Assembly: GCA_964057225.1 (NCBI GenBank)
Contig: OZ059899.1
Span: 12,276,001-12,340,000 of the forward strand
Origin: Auanema rhodensis
Lineage: Eukaryota; Animalia; Nematoda
DNA: 64,000 nucleotides
Direction: 5' to 3'
Below are positions 56,301-64,000 of the stretch, piece by piece. The translations under genes were made by a program, and so were the position numbers. Position 1 is the stretch's first letter; the number at the start of each line of letters is the position of its first letter. Below the pieces are notes generated by a model that was not told where the DNA came from, ran no database searches, and was given only the letters and a program-made list of their open reading frames with translations.

Positions 56301-56971
56301 ATCTAATTTCAGAAAGCTGACGAGAATCTGGCATTCGATGAGCAGATTTTGTCTGCAGCAAAATCGATCACATCTGCTGTTCAAACACTGGTCAAGGCTG
56401 CTTCTAACGCTCAAAGAGAATTGGTTGCCCAAGGTCGATTGGAATCCAGAACAAACGCTCATGCTGCGGATGATTATCAATGGTCTGATGGTTTAATTAG
56501 TGCTGCTCGCTACGTTGTAGCTGCTGTACATCAACTTTGTGAAGCTGCCAATGCTCTTGTACAAGGGCAAGCAGGAGAAGAAAAACTTATCTCAGCCGCT
56601 AAGCAGGTACGGTATTACGGCAATGAAATGCCTTTTTATGTTAACTGTTTTAGGTTGCTGCTTCAACCGCTCAGCTTCTGGTAGCTTGTAATGTTAAAGC
56701 TGACATGGAAAGTCAAGCTAAGAGACGTCTTCAAGCTGCTGGCCATGCTGTGAAAACAGCTACCGAACGTTTGGTACAAGCTGCTAGACAAACGGTAGTG
56801 GAAGACGAAAGAAATTTCGTAATTACGGATCGTATGGTCCATGGAATCGCTCAAGTCATGGATGCCCAGGAGCAGGTCCTCCGAAAGGAAGCTGAATTGC
56901 GAGCTGCTCGTCATCAGCTAGCCACTCTGAATCGAGCTAGATATGAACGAGAGGATTCTCCTAAGAACTAA
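41312..56971 (+). CDS. tln-1: Talin, full length; 27 exons assembled, 7623 nt, about 2540 aa
   Basis: F0 [23 protein letters not shown]; FERM motifs [28 protein letters not shown] and LKTYGVTFF; rod motif [29 protein letters not shown]; I/LWEQ domain [34 protein letters not shown]...[10 protein letters not shown]; dimerisation helix [18 protein letters not shown]. Exon phases add up consistently. Confidence 0.97.
48908..49039 (+). CDS. tln-1: Predicted in-frame cassette (or alternative first) exon of talin
   Basis: tttcctag acceptor at 48907 and AG/gtacct donor at 49040; 132 nt, phase 2 at both ends like the host intron; no stop codon. Confidence 0.5.
50908..50982 (+). CDS. tln-1: Predicted alternative terminal exon of talin (short isoform)
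   Basis: ttctgttcag acceptor in phase 0, matching the donor at 50622; encodes [24 protein letters not shown]-stop; AATAAA at 51408-51413. Confidence 0.65.
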   Translation, partial: ETRKRTETTEQLLVDDTHTILRIR

Positions 56972-57249
56972 TAAGCCTTTTCTTGTTACTTAATTATATT
57001 GTTCACCCTATCTTGTTACTTAAATAGGTGCTGGATTGTTTTACCACAGATACATATATATTTATTTGTGCCTTTACCCCTCGTTCTATTGTTCATCACT
57101 AAAAAAGAATTTAATAATAATAATGAAGCATTAAACAGACTGAAGATACATGACCACAATGCTCAGTTTAAAAATGTGTATCATATCTACATGTACTATG
57201 CAACTTGTAATACTTATAATCTCTCTGAAATATTATGTGAAGCTCTAAT

Positions 57250-57255
57250 AATAAA
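57250..57255 (+). terminator. Probable poly(A) signal of full-length talin
   Basis: AATAAA about 280 nt after the stop codon. Confidence 0.5.
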
Positions 57256-58297
57256 TGGTTTATTATTGCATATTGTGTTACTCATGATTTGTTCAATTAT
57301 CCCATCCTCCATGACGATTTTGGCGATTGGCTTCGAAAGTGTTATCTTCATCCAAGTTTGCATTGCGGAACTGGTCTTCTATCTGAAATTGGATGAAATC
57401 AATATAAAAGTTGTAAATTAAGTTCTGAATTTGGAATTCAATGCACTGCTCGTGTACAACCGCTCTGTTACATTGTATATAACAAAATGCAATTGACGTG
57501 ATACGTGAGAATTGGCGTAACTCTATACGTGCACACATGGTTTGGATGTCTATCTAGATGACTAGATGTTTGGTTTGGTGAATCGACATAGCAGAATATG
57601 ATATTCTTGCTTTAAATGAAAATGTTTTCGAACTTTGTTCTACGAATTTATATTATAGAATATGATGTGGGAATAGAAATTTCTGGAAGTAATGTATTGG
57701 ATGAGGGTGAGAGTGAGAGTGCGATGTGTTTCTTGGGGACAAAGTTAGTTGCTAAAAAGAAGACATAGAACTTGATCATATTTAGAATTTATCGTTTTTT
57801 TTTTCAAATAAAGAAAAATTCAAAAATTGATTCTAGCTATGGAAAGAGAAAAAATGAGAGATATACCAGAGGGAGAATGTGTACGTGCGAGAGAATAGAG
57901 AGGTTTGATAAAGAAGTGACAAGCTTCTATATCAAGTTTTTTTTGCTTTCATATGTGTGTATGCCGAAATTGTTTAAACAGAAATAGAAATTTATCATCC
58001 GTTCTATATAGAGTTTACTGTTATTGCAATGACTTCACAATTTCTTTTATGAAGAAAAAGAAAATAAAAACGAAAATACCTCTTTGTGTTGATTATTGGA
58101 TTTCGAAGGCTCAGCGTTGTTGCCCAAGAAGTTGCTTTTACTGTAAAACGTAAAAAAAAGTGAAAAAAGCTTTGCTAATTTGGTTTCAAATTGACGATTC
58201 AGTTATATCATTTATTGAAAAATGTATTGTTTTTAAAATATTTTCTTAACTGAGATCAATACAAAATTTAAAAAAAAACAGATCTCAAGGTATGATG

Positions 58298-58785
58298 TCA
58301 TAAATTTCGAAGAAAGCTAATTAGATATATCAGAGAAACGAACTTTTCGATCTTTCCGCCTGCATTACATCGATTGCCAGTACAACAGCATAAACTTATA
58401 GGAATATTCTTGAACGTGGTTGATATACAACGATCTCTAGCTAACTATAAATAAATAGTTAAATTCAAGTAAAAAGGTCATTTCATAACTAACCATACAT
58501 CTCCAAAGTGAACATCCGGTTTTCACCACATCCAAATAGACATTAGCTGCAGTTGCAGTCATATTATAGCATTGTGCTCCACTATTATCACAACTAATTG
58601 TATTCGTTCCTACACCTTGTCCAGCAATTACTTTTAAGCCCTACCAAAATAAATCTATTGATTGTAATTATGATGATTAGGCTTAATTAGCATACTAATA
58701 GGCAACTTACAGAAAAGCATTCAATAGATGACACATTATGGACTAAATATGATAAACCAATCAAAGCACATAATAAAAGCCTCAT
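58298..58785 (-). CDS. Ly6/uPAR (three-finger)-like small protein, 122 aa, 3 exons (58785-58711, 58640-58494, 58444-58298); not in the ORF track
   Basis: Signal peptide MRLLLCALIGLSYLVHNVSS; mature part IECFSGLKVIAGQGVGTNTISCDNSGAQCYNMTAT...KTGCSLWRCMLARDRCISTTFKNIPISLCCCTGNRCN has 10 Cys and the terminal CCxxxxCN motif; hydrophobic tail; both introns are phase 0 GT-AG. Confidence 0.85.
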
Positions 58786-60344
58786 TATCAAGTTTTGAGA
58801 CAACAGATGTTCTAAACGACTATGACAAAATGCAATTGAATGGATGGATAGATGATAATGTTAGAAAAGACGAGTCGATCGCCTTCTTCTTCGTCTTCTT
58901 CTTCTTGTGTAAAGTTAATGTCGTAAAAATTTGAACAAAAATTTTTTTATTATATGACAACAATTAATAATACTTCCTTCGAGAAAAAAAGCTAATATGC
59001 TATTGTTAAAGCTGTTGTTGCTGTTGTAGACTTTTGAACGTGGACGTGAAGGCGATAAGCTTTTGGATGAAAACATACTAGAAGAATCTGCAGTAATTCG
59101 ATAACAACATGATTAAGTTTCTGAATAACATTCCGTTTAAATCCTGTAATTTGAAATAACTTTGCTATTGTGTTCCATAAATGGTTCAAAGGAATTTTAA
59201 AAGTTCATGAGTGTCTTGCACTGACCTGAGATGAATACAAGCCACTCCAATCAATACATTATTCATATATTCAGCCTGAGCATGACCTGTAATGGTCATC
59301 TGATATGGTTTTCGAACTTATGATTTTGGAGCCTAATGCGAATCTTTAATCTTTTGAATATTCAATTTTTGGATTATTATTGTTTTTAATAAACAATACT
59401 GTAATGATTAAAGGTGGAAAAGGTAAAATAATAATGAGGAGGAGCCTGAAGACTAATAGATATGATGTAATTGCTAGAGGATCACGACGATGAAACGTGA
59501 GCAACAATTTTTGACAAAACTCACGTTCACCATCTGAATGAAAAATTCCTTTTCTGCATATAGTTATAGCAATTTTGAACGCTATATCTAATCTATCTAC
59601 CATGCATTCAATTTCATAGATCCATATATGGTCTGATAGGGAAATTGGCACGTACACTGCACGTGATTTCAGGTGTTTAAATTGGAATTTTCTCTGTAGT
59701 CTTATGATTTTACGTGAGAATAGTCAAGATAAAGAATGAACTGTTTATCGTTTTTTTCCAATTGTTATGTTCCTATCCTGTTTGAAATCAGCTCATATAC
59801 TTAACCTCTTGACTGTGAGACACTTATACACTTAATATGTTTTACATCTGTCTATATCAATGTGTAATGGTCATTATTCAGTTCATATTATTACTCTCTT
59901 TACTTATTCCTTTTTCATATTTTCATTTCTATCTCTTTATGTCTATTCCTGGCCTGCCTATGCTGACTTAAGAATAATATGGCTCATGAGCTTTCTGCTC
60001 TTCTCTCTAGAACAATAAGAACTGATACCTTGGACTTGGTTAATCTAATATATATTGATTGTTTTTCTTATCTAGAGATCATGTACCTGTAGTTTTTCTC
60101 CCACCCATTTCTCCACAAACGTTCAGGTTCCCTGTTCTTCGCACCAATGCGAACCAATAGAGATCCCCTTGTTACATCAGCCATTTTTCCCACCAGTACG
60201 CATTAGGTACACCTGTTTTGATACCGGACACTTGAATATTTTTAAAATCATTTTCTCACTAAAGTCTTTGTATTATGTTTTATTATCTGTATATAATCTA
60301 ATATTAAATGATATTTATATTTAAGGTTTACTAACACTACTAAA

Positions 60345-61944
60345 ATGAACGGCCTTCGCAAAATTAACTTTGGAGCTGGTCCAGCCAAAATTCCAGAAGA
60401 GGTTTATTCGTTTTTTCACATTTTTCTCACTCAAGCTTGGCATTTTAGGTTCTTAAGCATGCTCAAGACGAATTCTTACATTTTGGAAATACTGGTATTA
60501 GTATTTTGGGTAAAAATTGATGTTTGGCAGTTTTATGTGTATCAAATAATTTCAGAAATGTCACATCGTTCTAAGGACTTTGGAGCTGTCTTAGAAGAAA
60601 CCAAGAAACTTATTCGCGATCTAATGTAGTTTTGACGTTTCGAATTTTTGTTGACTTTGATAGCGTTATAGGAAGGTTCCTGATAACTTCGAAATTCTTT
60701 TCATGCAAGGTGGTGGTACTGGTCAGTTTGCTGCTGTTCCATTGAACTTAAAAGGAGATAAGGTCTATGCTGATTATGCCATCACTGGGTCGTGGTCAGC
60801 CAAAGCAGCCCAAGAAGCTGCAAAATACATCGAAATCAAGAAGGTTTATCACATGATGACACACGTACCGCTAATCGTTTTTTGATCATTCAGGTTTTCC
60901 CCCCAACGAAGCCATATAGAACTGTCCCTTCATACGAGCAGTGGAGTCATGATGAAGTAAGAGCAAAAGGATTTTTTTCGGGTCATTTCATATATTTTTA
61001 TAGAATGCCGCTTATCTTTATTATTGTGCTAATGAAACTGTGGATGGTGTTGAGTTTTCTAAGCCACCCGTCTCACCTCATGGAGTTCCTCTTGTAGCTG
61101 ATATCTCTTCTAACTTCCTTTCTCGTCCTTTCGACTTTACTGGGGTTTGATTTCCCAACTGGCATGTTCATTATTTTCCTATTTCTATAGCATGGTGTCG
61201 TGTTCGGAGGAACTCAGAAGAACCTAGGAGCAGCTGGTTTGACTGTAGTTATGGTTCGCAAAGATTTGGTTGGATTGGTTAGTTTTCACTATTCTCCTAT
61301 TCTGTGCAGGAATCATTATTTGTAGGAGAACCCTCTAACACCGGCTATTCTTAGCTATAAAGAAATGGAAAAGAACAACAGCTTGTATAACACTCCTACT
61401 GTTTTCGGGTTAGTTCTTGATCTTTCCGTTCTGCTGCAATGATTTGTGAAATCATCAAAGTATATATTGCTTTTTCTAGAATTTATATCACGAATCTGGT
61501 TTTGAAATGGATCCAGAACAAGGGTGGTGTGGAAGCTATTTTTTCCGAAAATCAGGTTTGTTTTCTACATGTATGAATTGAACTTTAATTTTGAATCTGT
61601 AGAAAAAAGCCCAACTTCTCTATTCCATAATTGACAAATCTCAAGGGTTTTTCCATTGTGGCGTAGATCCTGAATTCCGTAGTCAAATGAACGTTGTGTT
61701 CCGAATTGGCGGTCCAAACGGCAACGATGATTTGGAAGCTAAATTCCTTGAGGGAGCTCAGCAAAGACATATGATTAGCTTGAAGGGACATAGGTTGAAA
61801 TTATCATTGAATAACTAAGTTTTATATTTGTCTTTAAGATCTGTTGGTGGTTTGAGGGCTTCAATCTATAATGCTGTTTCTTTGGAAGATACTAAAGTAT
61901 TAGCTGATTGGATGTTAGAATTCGAAAAAAATCACAAAAACTAA
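60345..61944 (+). CDS. Phosphoserine aminotransferase (PSAT1/SerC family), multi-exon
   Basis: [69 protein letters not shown]-lysine motif [32 protein letters not shown]; TAA at 61942-61944. Confidence 0.96.
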
Positions 61945-62131
61945 AAAAAAACTGATTTTTTATATATTTATATTGAAATTTAATGTGTGGAATACGTTTT
62001 ATTTATTTTGTTACTTCTTAATGCAACCAGTTTTGCAATAATTTGCAAAAAAATGAATAGTTCTTCACGTACTTATGCTAATGAGTTCACGTAATTCATA
62101 TTATATTTGAAAAAAAAAACAATTTTACAAA

Positions 62132-63972
62132 CTAAGGTTCATGATCCTTGTGCAGAATGTCATCCCTGGAGTATCCAAGCTAAAGAATAGAATTAGTTGC
62201 AACTCAAAAATAAGAAGAATGCAAGGGGAGACGAATGAAATAATTGTAACTGCTCTTGGGGATAGAAAAGCATTACGAACTTATTATGAACTACTTACAC
62301 AAACTTCAGCATTATGCCCATAGGTTCGTAACAAGTTTTGATGATAATTCTGCATAGACTTGGCTTATTTGTGAAGTTTTTATTGAAAACTATTACCTCA
62401 AGAGCCTTTTTAGCTTTAACTGTTAATGATAAACTGTATAGCCGACGAAATGGTATTCGTCTAACTCCAGGGTGTGTATTGAAAACTTTATTTACAACAA
62501 CAAATTTATATCCTAAACAGCATAATTGGCTTATCTGTAAGACATGATTAAAGTTTTGAATGTTTAATTAACATTTTCAATTTTAAAATCGAATAACATA
62601 CAAGTGTTGCTTGATTTCTCATACCATATGGTATTTCCTCATGATGTAAAGGTAAACTAGCATGTGATAGAAACATTGGTTCCCATGTTGTAGTATTATG
62701 ATCTTCATAATTTGTTATTTCACTGATTAATTGATCAGTTTGAATACTTAAATATTCAAATTTAAATTAATTCTATGATGGTAGTGATGGAGGGGGGGGG
62801 GATGAAACTCCACTTACCTTTTCTTTATCCAATTGTCTATGTTAGTTACATTATGAGCTTCTGCAAAGGTAAAACCATGGAATTGAAATGTTGTTTTTCC
62901 ATACACAATCGATAATTCTTTTACCGTTTTTGGTATTCTGTAAATCTATAGGTGTATTTGATATTATGATGAATATCTTATATGGATATATACCTGCTTC
63001 CAATTTCATATTCAAATCGTGGAACTATAAAAACAACACGTCTATTATTCATCTGAGAATATTTAGAAATAACTTGTTGCAACAACTTTTCAGCATCTTT
63101 TGAGAAAACTTGCTCTAGATCAGCTTGAAGAAAGTATTCAGAATTATCAAACTGAAGATAGAATAGATTAAACCTTAGAAGGAAAGTGTAAATAAAACAA
63201 TAAGACTAGAAAAACGATAGCGAACCTTTCTAGCTATGTTCCTGGCCACATTTACAGGATAATATTCCAATAAAGGTTTAAAATTAATTGAATCCAATTG
63301 AAATATTCTATTGCAATTTATAGTTTCAGCAAAATCTAACGATAAAAAGATTTCATTGCGAATTTCAACTTGATGAACTTATTACTAATTTCGAAATTTG
63401 TACATGAGATATTAGAAGTTTGCAAATAGAACACATGAACCGATAAAAAATCATAAAGTTTTGGATTGCAATGGTAAATTTGTTGGAGCTAAAATTCAAT
63501 TTCACACTAAAATTCAGGTTTGAACTCATAATTACCTTTTGAATCGTTTGTTCTATGGTTGGCTTCAAATGCATTGGATGTCGAATAGAACTGTCGCTAT
63601 ACACAGCTAAAACTGCTCTCCCATCCCAACTATTTAATGTTTTCAATAATTTGTCATCTAAAACAAATTATAAATTAACAAAAAAAATAGAAAAATTACT
63701 TAACAGATCAGGAGTAGCATGAAGCATCATGGGAATATTTTCCTTTCGTTCATAACTTCTGAATAAATATGGAAGAACACAGAAATTATTATAAGTAACA
63801 GGTTGATAAAGCCTAATATTCAAAGGGTTCAACTGAAATGTCATATTTATTTGAACGTAAACCAATGAATACATACGTCAGTTTCAGTTCTATCAGATTT
63901 CAGATGAAATAACATTAATGACAATAGTAGTATGCTCGAAAATAAATAAAAAAATATTCTATGGTTTTTCAT
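62132..63972 (-). CDS. Type II membrane glycosyltransferase, GT49 family (B4GAT1/bgnt-1-like), multi-exon
   Basis: N-terminal anchor MKNHRIFFYLFSSILLLSLMLFHL; motifs MLHATPDLL, WDGRAVLAVY, YPVNVARNIAR, WEPMFLS and LCCLGYKFVVVNKVFNTHPG. The last exon is uncertain (stop at 62132, or near 62282). Confidence 0.82.
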
Positions 63973-64000
63973 AATTTTATGAGAATTAAACAGAAAATTT

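Overview
AT-rich eukaryotic DNA with many short (about 45-60 nt) GT-AG introns and TTTCAG-type acceptors, most consistent with a rhabditid (clade V) nematode. There is no evidence of CRISPR arrays, rRNA, tRNA or an intact transposon. Ten spliced genes were assembled by hand: rme-8/DNAJC13 (5'-partial, +), junctophilin jph-1 (-), taxilin (-), a disordered orphan protein rich in CDK sites (-), hnRNP M/sup-46-like (+), FoxQ2/fkh-10 (+), full-length talin tln-1 (27 exons, about 2540 aa, +), a 10-Cys Ly6/three-finger protein absent from the ORF track (-), phosphoserine aminotransferase (+) and a GT49/B4GAT1-like glycosyltransferase (-). The most interesting signal lies in the large talin introns, which hold several phase-compatible cryptic exons. 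One is an alternative terminal exon with its own AATAAA, giving a talin of about 989 aa (head plus R1-R3). Another is a 132-nt symmetric cassette (or alternative first) exon packed with short linear motifs inside rod domain R2. A third is a possible Pro/Ser-rich terminal exon. Together they suggest a splicing-controlled talin isoform system. An 18-nt microexon candidate in junctophilin and an ATF4-type element upstream of PSAT are also notable. All exon models are manual predictions and need RNA evidence.
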